NCBI GenBank assembly: GCA_965246715.1
Contig: CBDFFH010000044.1
Span: 73,044 to 137,043 of the forward strand
Length of the DNA stretch: 64,000 nt
Reading direction: 5' to 3'
Origin: Chamaesiphon sp.
GTDB lineage: Bacteria > Cyanobacteriota > Cyanobacteriia > Cyanobacteriales > Chamaesiphonaceae
The notes under the pieces: model-generated
What the model was told of the DNA's origin: nothing
Databases searched by the model: none
The model's input: only the letters and a program-made list of their open reading frames with translations
Made by a program: the position numbers and the translations under genes
In this document: one piece after another, positions 1-8,897 of the stretch
Numbering within the stretch: position 1 is the stretch's first letter
Layout: each line of letters begins with the position of its first letter

Positions 1-797
1 ATAGCATCCTCGATCTCCTCGCGCGGTTTGCGGCTGATGCTAATGCCAGTAAGATTACCCGCTTGATTATCGGGATGTGGGATTACGATGATTCCAGTCA
101 GGCTGTCGTCGAACTACTGGTAAGCATTCACGATCGACTGCCAAATTTAACCGCCGTTTTTATCGGTGATATCGAAGACGAAGAAAATCAAATTTCGTGG
201 ATTCAACAAAGCGATCTATCGCCCTTACTCAATGCTTACCCGCAGTTAGAATATTTACGGGTTCGGGGTAATGATGGGTTGAGTTTTGGCAATCTCAAAC
301 ACGATCGATTAAAAACACTCATCGTCGAAACAGGTGGATTGAGTGTCAATCGGGTACGAGAAGTTTGTAATGCTCGTCTCCCTCAACTCGAACATCTAGA
401 ACTATGGTTGGGTACCGATGACTATGGCGGTGATGCCACGGTTGAAGATTTAGCCCCAATTTTGGCTGGCACTTTGTTTCCCAAATTAACCTATTTAGGT
501 TTGAGAGATAGTATTATTGCTGACTCGGTAGCGACTGCGGTAGCAACTGCACCTGTAATACAACAACTCAAAGTACTCGATTTATCATTGGGCAATATCG
601 GCGATATCGGAGCCGCTGCACTATTAGCTAGTCCGTATCTGCACCATTTAGAAAAACTCGATCTCAATCATCATTATATTTCCGACGAATTAGTCTCCCA
701 ATTAGAAAAATTAACTATTACTGTCGATGTCAGCGATGTCCAAGATGCTGATGAATATGATGGCAATGAGCATCGTTATATTGCCGTTGCGGAATGA
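1..797 (+). CDS. STM4015-family leucine-rich-repeat protein (5'-truncated by window edge)
   Basis: Frame is open from base 3 (SILDLLARFAADANASKITRLIIGMW...). Motifs LTAVFIGDI..E.QISWIQQ.D, LKTLIVETGGL, LEHLELWLGTDDYGG and C-terminal RYIAVAE are typical of STM4015-like proteins; lies beside STM4013/4012/4011-like genes. Confidence 0.8.
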   Translation, partial: SILDLLARFAADANASKITRLIIGMWDYDDSSQAVVELLVSIHDRLPNLTAVFIGDIEDEENQISWIQQSDLSPLLNAYPQLEYLRVRGNDGLSFGNLKHDRLKTLIVETGGLSVNRVREVCNARLPQLEHLELWLGTDDYGGDATVEDLAPILAGTLFPKLTYLGLRDSIIADSVATAVATAPVIQQLKVLDLSLGNIGDIGAAALLASPYLHHLEKLDLNHHYISDELVSQLEKLTITVDVSDVQDADEYDGNEHRYIAVAE

Positions 798-932
798 GTT
801 ATTTGGGGTAGGGTATGAGGGCATGGGGCAGATGAGATCGATCTTCAATCCAAAATCTTGTCTTTACTGAAACACATGCGGAGGGAACCTCAGCGTGATC
901 TTCAGTCGCAAAATCCAAAATCCAAAATTGTT

Positions 933-1747
933 TTGATAAACATCGCCCGATCGATCGGTACCCCACGATTTATTATTTATTACTCTCGATACGCTCCGCT
1001 ATGATGTCGCCGAGGAGTGCCTGTTAGCAGGTCGCACACCAAACTTGGCGGGGTTATTACCAGGGGGAATGTGGGAACGCCGCCACACGCCTGCAAGCTT
1101 CACTTATGCCGCTCACCAGGCGTTTTTTGCTGGTTTCCTACCCACACCAGATCGACCGGGGAAACATCCACGTTTATTCGCGCTCAGTTTTGCTGGGAGT
1201 GAGACAACGGGGGAAAATACCTATGTGTTTGAGACGGCGGATATTGTCTTGGGTTTTGCCCAACGCGGCTATCATACGATTTGCATCGGTGGAGTCGGCT
1301 TTTTTAACAAACAAAATGCATTGGGAAATGTCTTGCCAGGCATGTTTGCCGAAAGCCATTGGCAGTCCGAGCTTAGGCGTAACCGATCCGCATTCTACCG
1401 AAAATCAAGTGGCACTCGCGATCGATCTCTTGCAGTCACTCCCCCCATTGCAGCGAGTCTTCCTGTTTATCAATATTTCGGCACTCCACCAACCCAACTG
1501 CATTTTTCGCCCTGGTGCGACGGTAGATTCTCGGGAAACTCAGGCGGCGGCGCTAGCTTATGTCGATCGACATCTTCCCCCATTATTTCAGGCGATGCAA
1601 CAACGCGCCCCGACAAATTGCATCATTTGCTCGGATCATGGGACAGCATATGGTGAGGATGATTATATCGGCCATCGGTTGAGTCATCCAGTGGTGTGGA
1701 CTGTTCCCTATGCAGAATTTGTGTTGGAATCGATTAGGGAATTTTAG
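933..1747 (+). pseudogene. STM4013/SEN3800-like alkaline-phosphatase/sulfatase-superfamily hydrolase, two +1 frameshifts
   Basis: TTG at 933 gives INIARSIGT; shift in CCCC (961-964) to HDLLFITLDTLRYDVA...FTYAAHQAFFAGFLPTP...ESHWQSEL; second shift near 1375 to GVTDPHSTENQV...ICSDHGTAYGEDDYIGH. The pieces join into one ~270 aa protein. Confidence 0.75.
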
Positions 1748-1772
1748 AATCGGTAGAGATAAGCTCCACTAT

Positions 1773-2124
1773 CCCCAGGTGGGTGATGTTATTGGTACCT
1801 TTAAAGCTATGACAACCAACGGCTACATTACTGGCGTAGAATATCAAAATTGACCGTCTTTCGATCGTCGAATATGGCAACGAAGTTACGATGAACAGTA
1901 ATCAAATATAAGATAACGTGTAGGGCGGGCATTGCCCACCGTCTAGGTTTTAGGCTTTTCTGATGTTATAAATATTTGCGCCGACCTACTTATGGCAACG
2001 AAGTTACGACGAACAGATCGTCCGCACCGATCGATTCTTGATAGCCATCCCACAATATATCGAACACAATCCCCTCAAGTGGGAAAACGCCGAACTCCAT
2101 CCAGATGTGAAATCAAAATGGTAG
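1773..2124 (+). pseudogene. REP-associated tyrosine transposase (RAYT, Y1/HUH) C-terminal remnant
   Basis: Translation PQVGDVIGTFKAMTTNGYITGVEYQN*PSFDRRIWQRSYDEQ, an intervening stretch, then WQRSYDEQIVRTDRFLIAIPQYIEHNPLKWENAELHP; matches the RAYT WQR.Y.E.IIR...YI..NP.KW motif. Confidence 0.75.
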
Positions 2125-2152
2125 GATTCCCCTCTCTCCCCAATCCGATCGC

Positions 2153-3562
2153 ATGACCACATTAGCAACCTTACTCGCCACCTCCCCTTACACGACATAT
2201 TCCTACGCCTACCCCCATAAAACCGCCTACCGTCCACTAGATCCGCAAGTTTCCCTGAATGAATTATGGGCACAGGAAAATCGTGAAGCCTTATTTCTCT
2301 ATTTGCATATCCCTTTTTGTGAAATGCGGTGTGGATTTTGCAACTTATTTACTCAAACAAATGCTGGCGAAGATTTAGTTACCGAGTATTTAAAAACCCT
2401 TGATCGAGAAGCCAAACAAGTAAAAGCCGCCCTGGGAGAGAGTCAATTTGCACGGATGGCAATCGGTGGTGGTACTCCAACTTTCCTCAGTATCAGTGAA
2501 TTAGATCGACTTTTCGATCTGGCGACAGAGATCGTGGGGGCAAATCCACTAAATATCCCTACATCAGTAGAAGTTTCGCCCCAAACCGCCACTTTAGACA
2601 AATTAAAACTCTTAAAAATACGCGGAGTCGATCGCATCAGTATCGGGATTCAGAGTTTTATCCCCGCCGAAACCGCTGCTGCGGGGAGACCGCAATCGAT
2701 CGATAATGTCTATGCAGCCTTAGAACGGATTAAATCTGTCGATTTTCCCACCCTGAATCTAGATCTGATTTACGGTTTACCAGGACAATCGATCGAAAGT
2801 TGGCTGGCATCACTCCAGATTGCCCTCAGCTTCGCTCCAGAAGAACTTTACCTCTATCCCCTCTATATACGACCGTTGACGGGTTTAGGCCGCTCCAAAC
2901 GCGACTGGCATGACGAACGCCGCGAATACTATCGTCAAGGTCGCGATTTGCTATCGAGCAATGGCTACGAACAAATCTCCATGCGAATGTTTCGCCTAAC
3001 CACCCCCACCCCCGCGATCTTCCTTTCCCCTTCCCCACTCTACTGTTGTCAAGCCGATGGGATGCTCGGACTCGGTTGTGGTGCCCGATCGTATACATCT
3101 CACCTCCATTATTCTAGTGAATATGCGGTCGGTATGAATGGGATTCAGGAAATTATTACTAATTACATCCAACACGAAGACGATCGATTTAATTGGGTTG
3201 ATTATGGTTATCGATTAAATTTAGGCGATCGTCAGCGTCGGTTTCTGATTCAATCGCTATTGCAATCAGAAGGCTTAGATTTGAGTAGTTATCAAAAAGA
3301 ATTTGACAGTGCTGCGCTGAGTGATTTTCCACAGTTAATGGATTTAGTAACCCTAGAATTAGCAACCTTGGCAGGAGACAGCGACACTGGAGAACGAGGA
3401 GATGGGGAGCTATCCAAAATTCAAAATCCCCAATCCCCAATCCCCAATCCCCAATCCAAAATCATCCTAACTTCAGCCGGAATGGAAGCCTCCGACACCC
3501 TCGGCGCATGGCTCTATTCACCCCAAGTCAAAGAATTGATGGAGGCTTATCAATGGCGTTAG
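2153..3562 (+). CDS. STM4012-family radical SAM protein (HemN-like)
   Basis: LYLHIPFCEMRCGFCNLF (CxxxCxxC), GGGTPT, N-terminal YSYAYPHKTAYR, YCCQADGMLGLGCGARSY. Confidence 0.85.
   Translation: MTTLATLLATSPYTTYSYAYPHKTAYRPLDPQVSLNELWAQENREALFLYLHIPFCEMRCGFCNLFTQTNAGEDLVTEYLKTLDREAKQVKAALGESQFARMAIGGGTPTFLSISELDRLFDLATEIVGANPLNIPTSVEVSPQTATLDKLKLLKIRGVDRISIGIQSFIPAETAAAGRPQSIDNVYAALERIKSVDFPTLNLDLIYGLPGQSIESWLASLQIALSFAPEELYLYPLYIRPLTGLGRSKRDWHDERREYYRQGRDLLSSNGYEQISMRMFRLTTPTPAIFLSPSPLYCCQADGMLGLGCGARSYTSHLHYSSEYAVGMNGIQEIITNYIQHEDDRFNWVDYGYRLNLGDRQRRFLIQSLLQSEGLDLSSYQKEFDSAALSDFPQLMDLVTLELATLAGDSDTGERGDGELSKIQNPQSPIPNPQSKIILTSAGMEASDTLGAWLYSPQVKELMEAYQWR
3413..3461 (+). repeat. Heptamer tandem repeat (TCC[A/C][A/C]AA x7, STRR-like) inside the radical SAM coding sequence
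   Basis: tccaaaa ttcaaaa tccccaa x4 tccaaaa; translated as SKIQNPQSPIPNPQSK. Confidence 0.9.
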
Positions 3563-4413
3563 ATTTATCGATTTTATATCGCGGCTTGCTCTCTAGTTGT
3601 AACTATGGTTGTGAGTATTGCCCCTTTGCCAAGCGGACTAATACTGCGGCCGACTTGGTGCAGGACAAAGCAGAACTCGATCGCTTTGTCGGTTGGATCG
3701 GCGATCGACATAACGATCGATTTGGTATCCTATTTACCCCGTGGGGTGAAGCTCTAATTCATCGCTATTATCAAGCAGCGATCGAACGACTATCTCAGCT
3801 TACACAGGTAACTAAAGTCGCCATCCAAACCAATCTTACCTGTAATTTAGATTGGGTCGAGGACTGTAACAAACAAACATTGGCACTATGGACTACTTAT
3901 CACCCAACCGAAGTAGCGATCGAGCAATTCTTAGCCAAATGCCACGAACTCGATCGGCGAAATGTTCGCTATAGTGTCGGCATTGTTGGTTTGAGAGAGC
4001 ATCAAGAACACGCGCAAATGTTGCGTCGTGAATTATCACCCGATGTTTATCTATGGGTGAATGCTTATAAACGTCAGGTGGATTATTATACTGCTGCCGA
4101 TATCGATTTATTTACTCAAATCGATCGATTGTTTCCGATTAATAACCAAATTTATAATACTTTCAATAAACCCTGCCGAACGGGTGAAACTGTAATTTCA
4201 GTGGATGGAACCGGAACGATGCGGCGGTGTCATTTCATTCCAGATGCGATCGGGAATATTTACGATTCAGATTTGGAGCAAATATTAGTTCCCAGAAATT
4301 GCACCAATCGAGTTTGTCGCTGTCATATCGGTTATGTCCATTTACCTGAGTTAAATTTGGATGAGGTATATGGCGATGGAATTTTAGAAAGAATTCCTGT
4401 TACGGGTGGTTAG
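3553..4413 (+). CDS. STM4011-family radical SAM protein
   Basis: ATG at 3553 overlaps the upstream gene end; LSILYRG.LSSCNYGCEYCPFAK, LFTPWGEAL, C-terminal Cys cluster CRTG..RRCHF..CTNRVCRCHIG. Confidence 0.85.
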   Translation: MALDLSILYRGLLSSCNYGCEYCPFAKRTNTAADLVQDKAELDRFVGWIGDRHNDRFGILFTPWGEALIHRYYQAAIERLSQLTQVTKVAIQTNLTCNLDWVEDCNKQTLALWTTYHPTEVAIEQFLAKCHELDRRNVRYSVGIVGLREHQEHAQMLRRELSPDVYLWVNAYKRQVDYYTAADIDLFTQIDRLFPINNQIYNTFNKPCRTGETVISVDGTGTMRRCHFIPDAIGNIYDSDLEQILVPRNCTNRVCRCHIGYVHLPELNLDEVYGDGILERIPVTGG

Positions 4414-4433
4414 AACCGTATTTATTCGATGGA

Positions 4434-4544
4434 AGCGGGCGGTTTTAACTGCGCCTATATAAACGAAGTCCACCTTCGCGGACTAAAACCTGTCTCAACC
4501 CGCGAAGGCGGGTTTCGGTTGTCTAGCGGCGGTTTCAACCGCTC
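4434..4544. repeat. Palindromic dispersed repeat (AAGTCCGCCTTCGCGGACT family)
   Basis: Inverted pair gtccaccttcgcggact / cccgcgaaggcggg flanked by gcggtttyaacygc; same family at ~10660, ~30841, ~52612. Confidence 0.8.
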
Positions 4545-4602
4545 GGCTATTAACGATGCTCGATCGGGCATAATTAATTTACCTCTACTTCCACACCTTC
4601 CC

Positions 4603-5688
4603 ATGTCTCAACCCAATCCCGATCGCACCGATGCCATTCTTGGCGGACAAAATCCACCCCCGATCGATGCTGCTATTTTGGGTGGTGAAATTGGCAGAAA
4701 ACAGAGATTACAATATGAGAAAGCGATCGCCAGAGAAAATAAATTCTGGCGTAATTTTGAATATTTAGATGGTTTGCCCGGTAGTTATGCTATGACTTTT
4801 GCCGATCGACATGTGGTGAATTGGGAAATAGACACAGAAATCATTGAGCCAAAAGAAATAGCATATGCTTTAAGAGCTAATAAATGGGATTATGAAAATG
4901 CAAAGATAAACTTCTACAATAAGTTGGGTGCTATGCTTTGCCATCCCGATGTGCATCGAATTGAGGCATTGGTTTTTGGCTGGTGCTATTTGGAAGATAC
5001 AGATGCTATTGAGATATTAGTTAAAAATTATCGATCGCTGGCTGGATTAAAAGCTATATTTCTGGGGGATATTGAAGACAGAGAAATGATGATTTCTGAT
5101 ATTTGGTTAGCTGATGTTAGTCCGATATTATCACTCTATCCAAATCTTGAATTATTACACCTCAGAGGCGGCAGAGCCTTGAGGTTTAGTGAATGGCGAC
5201 ACGAGCAGCTAAAAGCGTTAAGAGTTGAGAGCGGTGGATTGAATCGTGAGGCAATACTAGATTTAAACCAATTAGAGCTACCAGAATTAGAATATCTAGA
5301 ACTGTGGATGGGTAGACCTGACTATGGGGGAAATTCTTCAATAGATGATTTAATGCCAATCCTTTCTGGTGAAAAATTTCCGAAGCTAAAATATTTAGGA
5401 CTGAGAAATTGCGAATATGCAAATGACATCGCTTTTGAATTAGTCCGGTCGCCTATTATAGAAAGTCTAATCGAGCTAGATTTATCAATGGGAACTCTAC
5501 AATTAGAAGGCTTTCAGGCATTGTTAAATTGCCCAAAAATAACCGAGCTAGAAGTCCTCAATGTTGCTCAAACTTGTATCGGTCGAGCTTTTACTGGTAC
5601 GTTACCTGTAAGTGAGTTTAAATGTCGGTTAATTATGGAAGGTCAACGCGGGGGACCTTCTTATCGATATTGTGTTGTTGGAGAGTAA
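4603..5688 (+). CDS. Second STM4015-family LRR protein with N-terminal DAILGG repeat extension
   Basis: Probable start MSQPNPDRTDAILGGQNPPPIDAAILGG (the upstream ATG frame runs through a DNA repeat); LKAIFLGDI, LRVESGGL, LEYLELWMG..DYGG, C-terminal RYCVVGE align with ORF 1-797. Confidence 0.75.
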   Translation: MSQPNPDRTDAILGGQNPPPIDAAILGGEIGRKQRLQYEKAIARENKFWRNFEYLDGLPGSYAMTFADRHVVNWEIDTEIIEPKEIAYALRANKWDYENAKINFYNKLGAMLCHPDVHRIEALVFGWCYLEDTDAIEILVKNYRSLAGLKAIFLGDIEDREMMISDIWLADVSPILSLYPNLELLHLRGGRALRFSEWRHEQLKALRVESGGLNREAILDLNQLELPELEYLELWMGRPDYGGNSSIDDLMPILSGEKFPKLKYLGLRNCEYANDIAFELVRSPIIESLIELDLSMGTLQLEGFQALLNCPKITELEVLNVAQTCIGRAFTGTLPVSEFKCRLIMEGQRGGPSYRYCVVGE

Positions 5689-5729
5689 ATGTAAATTTCG
5701 GAGGGCATGCTCTCGTGCTTGCCATTCAT

Positions 5730-6752
5730 TCAAGTCTCCACCAAAGGTTTATACAACTCCGGATCGTCAAATCCCGCCGTCCAAGCTATGGCTTGATGAC
5801 AAGTCTGCATATTTGGCGGCACGCGGATGATGTATTGATTTGCTGTCGAAGGACAGATTACCGCCACACAAACCAAATCCTCATCTCCCGCCATCGACAC
5901 CCGCAACAGCCGCCGCTCACCACCAGGATCGGTATCGGTATGCAATACCTCAGCCTGTGCCTGCAAGATGAATCGATCGTACCCAAACCGTTCGAGCAAT
6001 ACCCGTCGCAACTCGGCATTCCGTTCGGCGAGGATCTCATCTACCGTAATCGTTTCCGGCGCGAAGGCAATCCGCCGATCGATCGGGACTCCATTCCAGC
6101 GTAATTGCACATCCCGTAACGACTCTGGCAATCGATCGATCTGCGTGCGCGCGATATCCAGCCAGGAGCTAATTTCGATCCCTTCTGGGAGGGCTGTGAG
6201 GAGATTGCAGCCGCTCAAATTGAGGGAAGCGATCCGTAAGCCAAACTGGGGCAGACTAGTCAAGTGGGAGCAATTGCGAACATTCAATCGCCCTAACGAA
6301 ATCGACACCGAAGCCGGGAATTCAGTGAGTCGATCGCACCCTTCGAGATCGAGGAAACACACCTCTAGCGCCAGCGGCAGCTCGGTTAACGCCGTACAAC
6401 CATTCAAGATCAGCGAACCAACTTTCAAGCCATTGGGGAGGCGTTTTAGTGCCTGACAATTTTGAAGATCGAGGCGATATGCCACCTGAAGATCGCTTGG
6501 TAAGGAGGTCAACCCAGTACCCTCAGCAATGAGTTGGGTGCAGTGTAAATTGCTGGGCAGACTAGTCAATGCCGTACAGTTGCGGACATTTAGAGTTCGC
6601 ACTGTGAGATTGGCTGGTAGCTCGCGCAGTTGAGTGTTCCCGAAAAATTCTAAATTTCCCGTTACCGTCATCTCATACGGAAATGGAGTCATCGGCTCGC
6701 TCGCTCGCTCGAGAATGAGCTTGGTAGCCTCCGCTGGCGTGTAATTAGGCAT
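5730..6752 (-). CDS. LRR protein with C-terminal DUF6745-like domain
   Basis: Repeats LxxCxxLTxLP; C-terminal ILAERNAELRRVLLERFGY...VAVICPSTANQYIIRVPPNMQTCHQAIAWTAG typical of DUF6745. Confidence 0.75.
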   Translation of the reverse strand: MPNYTPAEATKLILERASEPMTPFPYEMTVTGNLEFFGNTQLRELPANLTVRTLNVRNCTALTSLPSNLHCTQLIAEGTGLTSLPSDLQVAYRLDLQNCQALKRLPNGLKVGSLILNGCTALTELPLALEVCFLDLEGCDRLTEFPASVSISLGRLNVRNCSHLTSLPQFGLRIASLNLSGCNLLTALPEGIEISSWLDIARTQIDRLPESLRDVQLRWNGVPIDRRIAFAPETITVDEILAERNAELRRVLLERFGYDRFILQAQAEVLHTDTDPGGERRLLRVSMAGDEDLVCVAVICPSTANQYIIRVPPNMQTCHQAIAWTAGFDDPELYKPLVET

Positions 6753-6758
6753 GGTTAA

Positions 6759-7055
6759 CTAATCCGCGATCGTCCGAATTTCAGTTGGGGTATATTCCCG
6801 TTGTTGCCACACGCGATAATTACCTTGTGGAAGGGAGATCGTCGCATGTTCTTCATGGACGAGATTGGCAGATGGCGCTAATACCTGGAGATAGAGATTG
6901 CCGTCTCGCTCGAACATTTGGGCATCGCCAAATTTCTCGATCCGATGCGTATGTCCGGTCATTTCCCCATGTGCGAGGATACAATTCGGCTGTCTACTGG
7001 CATCTGCGGGAATTTCCGCGATCGCCGCCACAAAAACATCTCCGTGTCTCCACAT
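6759..7055 (-). CDS. Small His-rich hypothetical protein (RHGDV / GHTH / HEEH / QREY motifs)
   Basis: 98 aa; ends 6 nt upstream of the DUF6745-like gene; the motif pattern suggests a metal-binding beta-rich fold. Confidence 0.7.
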   Translation of the reverse strand: MWRHGDVFVAAIAEIPADASRQPNCILAHGEMTGHTHRIEKFGDAQMFERDGNLYLQVLAPSANLVHEEHATISLPQGNYRVWQQREYTPTEIRTIAD

Positions 7056-7255
7056 AATACTTTCCTCAAATACTTAGGTATGAGCTAGATCTGGTAGTTT
7101 GTAGCTCTGTTTATAATTATACCCAACCACACAAACACCAATTCCTAATTCGATCGGCGCTTGCGGATCTTCATCGATCGCGAGATCGCCGATTTCACTA
7201 TACCTGTTGCCGACTTCGATGACAATGCCAAACTGCCAAGCGAGAGATCGATCCG

Positions 7256-7723
7256 CTACCTAAAATTTGTAAATCCTAACCGCTGGCGCAAGGCTGAGGA
7301 GAATAGACGAATACCAGGAACGAACACGATCCCCAACTGTTGCATCATTCCCGCCTGGTCGCCTTGTCCCCAATGTTCGACCACCTTACCATCGATGACT
7401 CGATCGATATGCATCACCGCAATTTTCACCGCCTTACCTGTTGCTGGTAATCCCTGAAAATTGCCTAAATGAGTACCTGTAAATATACCTTGAGTTACTA
7501 CTTTATCGCCTTGTCCGATCGCATTTTCAAATTGATGGCAACCGTCAGGAAAAGCTCGCTGAAAGTCTGCGCCAAAGGTGGTAAAAGCATCGCGATTTAA
7601 AGCTGCTGGCATCCCGACTAGATATGCGGCAAAATCTTCAGCTAACAGATCTTTAACGCTAACAAAATCACCTCGATCGAACGTAGCATAGAGTTCTAGA
7701 ACTAGTTCGGTAGTGGTTTTCAT
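7256..7723 (-). CDS. SnoaL-like ester cyclase (NTF2-like)
   Basis: AFPD...GDKVV..G.FTGTHLG.FQGLPATGK.V....DGKVVEHW. Confidence 0.85.
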   Translation of the reverse strand: MKTTTELVLELYATFDRGDFVSVKDLLAEDFAAYLVGMPAALNRDAFTTFGADFQRAFPDGCHQFENAIGQGDKVVTQGIFTGTHLGNFQGLPATGKAVKIAVMHIDRVIDGKVVEHWGQGDQAGMMQQLGIVFVPGIRLFSSALRQRLGFTNFR

Positions 7724-7728
7724 CTGGA

Positions 7729-8787
7729 TTAAACGATCGATGCGGTGGCTAGTTCTCCAATCTGTGCCAACTGTTTAGTTGCGGCACCACTGCTAAGTAA
7801 TTCCCGTGCTAACTGCATCCCCAGCTGCATATTGGCGACCGCGCCACAGTGCCAGAGATAAAATCCCGCATTCCAGAGGACAGAGTTGAGGAGTTCCGAA
7901 GATTCTCCATGCAGCACTGTGGCAAAATTTGCCATTAGTTCTGGTGTCGGCAGTAGTGGTGCATTCAGATTGCTCAAATCGTAGTCATAATGATGCAGAA
8001 AAATTCGCTCTAATTCTTGCCCAGCCTGATGAACGCCAGCAATTACAGTGCGATCGCGTGGCAGATCGGTACTCCCTTCTAACCCCTTAATCGTGGTAAT
8101 TTTATGCGGAGTTCCGCGCAAGGCTGCAGCAACTAGTGCCGTTTGTTCGGTGGGGGGATGGACATAACCAAAGATCAGATGAGCCTCACCAGCATAAGGA
8201 CACCACATTAATTCTAGCGTCGCGATCGGCGGTCGCTTGCCGATTTGGTCGCGATAGGGGGTCAGTCCAGCTGCCAGCGGAAAATGAGTCGGGGTGTAGA
8301 CAAAGCCCAAGCCTGTTGTCGCGAAGATCGATTGAATGCGATCGAAAGACAGCTTCGACCAATCTACCCCCCATTCCTGCCAGATATCGACCAGCGGAAT
8401 GCCATGTTTGGTCGGCATTCGATCGCCACCGTGCAAGATGACCGGAATCCCCGCTGCGGTCATAATTAGAGCGACTAGTGGCGCGAGTGGCGCGGTACGC
8501 GATCGACCATCATACGGAATGCCAAAAATTACCGGCGATCGCGAGTGGCTGGCAACGGGTTGTAATTGCGGCCCGAGCTTGGCATAAGCATCTTGCATCC
8601 CTGCCAACTCTGCTCCAGTCGGACGCTTAATCCGATGAGCGATCATAAATGCCCCGATTTGAGCGGGGGTAGCAGTTTGCAGCAGCATCAGTTCCATTGC
8701 TTCTGCGGCATCCTCGCGCGTTAAACTTTTGCCTGTATGTGGCCCACTGCCAATTTTTTGGACGAATTCCCGAAATCGATCGCTCAT
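7729..8787 (-). CDS. Anthranilate phosphoribosyltransferase-like protein (TrpD2/YbiB family)
   Basis: ATPAQIGAFMIAHRIKRPT, PYDGRSRTAP, RDQIGKRPPIATLEL. Confidence 0.8.
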   Translation of the reverse strand: MSDRFREFVQKIGSGPHTGKSLTREDAAEAMELMLLQTATPAQIGAFMIAHRIKRPTGAELAGMQDAYAKLGPQLQPVASHSRSPVIFGIPYDGRSRTAPLAPLVALIMTAAGIPVILHGGDRMPTKHGIPLVDIWQEWGVDWSKLSFDRIQSIFATTGLGFVYTPTHFPLAAGLTPYRDQIGKRPPIATLELMWCPYAGEAHLIFGYVHPPTEQTALVAAALRGTPHKITTIKGLEGSTDLPRDRTVIAGVHQAGQELERIFLHHYDYDLSNLNAPLLPTPELMANFATVLHGESSELLNSVLWNAGFYLWHCGAVANMQLGMQLARELLSSGAATKQLAQIGELATASIV

Positions 8788-8897
8788 TTGTAGTGAATGT
8801 TATGGCTAGTGGCTGCAAAAATAGATTTTTTTTGTAGTCACTTAACTCCTGGTGATAGAAATGTGTGGCATAGCGTAATATGAAAATCGAAAGATAA

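Noticed and set aside
4429..4602. N-terminal extension of ORF 4429-5688
   Set aside because: It translates a palindromic DNA repeat; the ATG at 4603 is more plausible.
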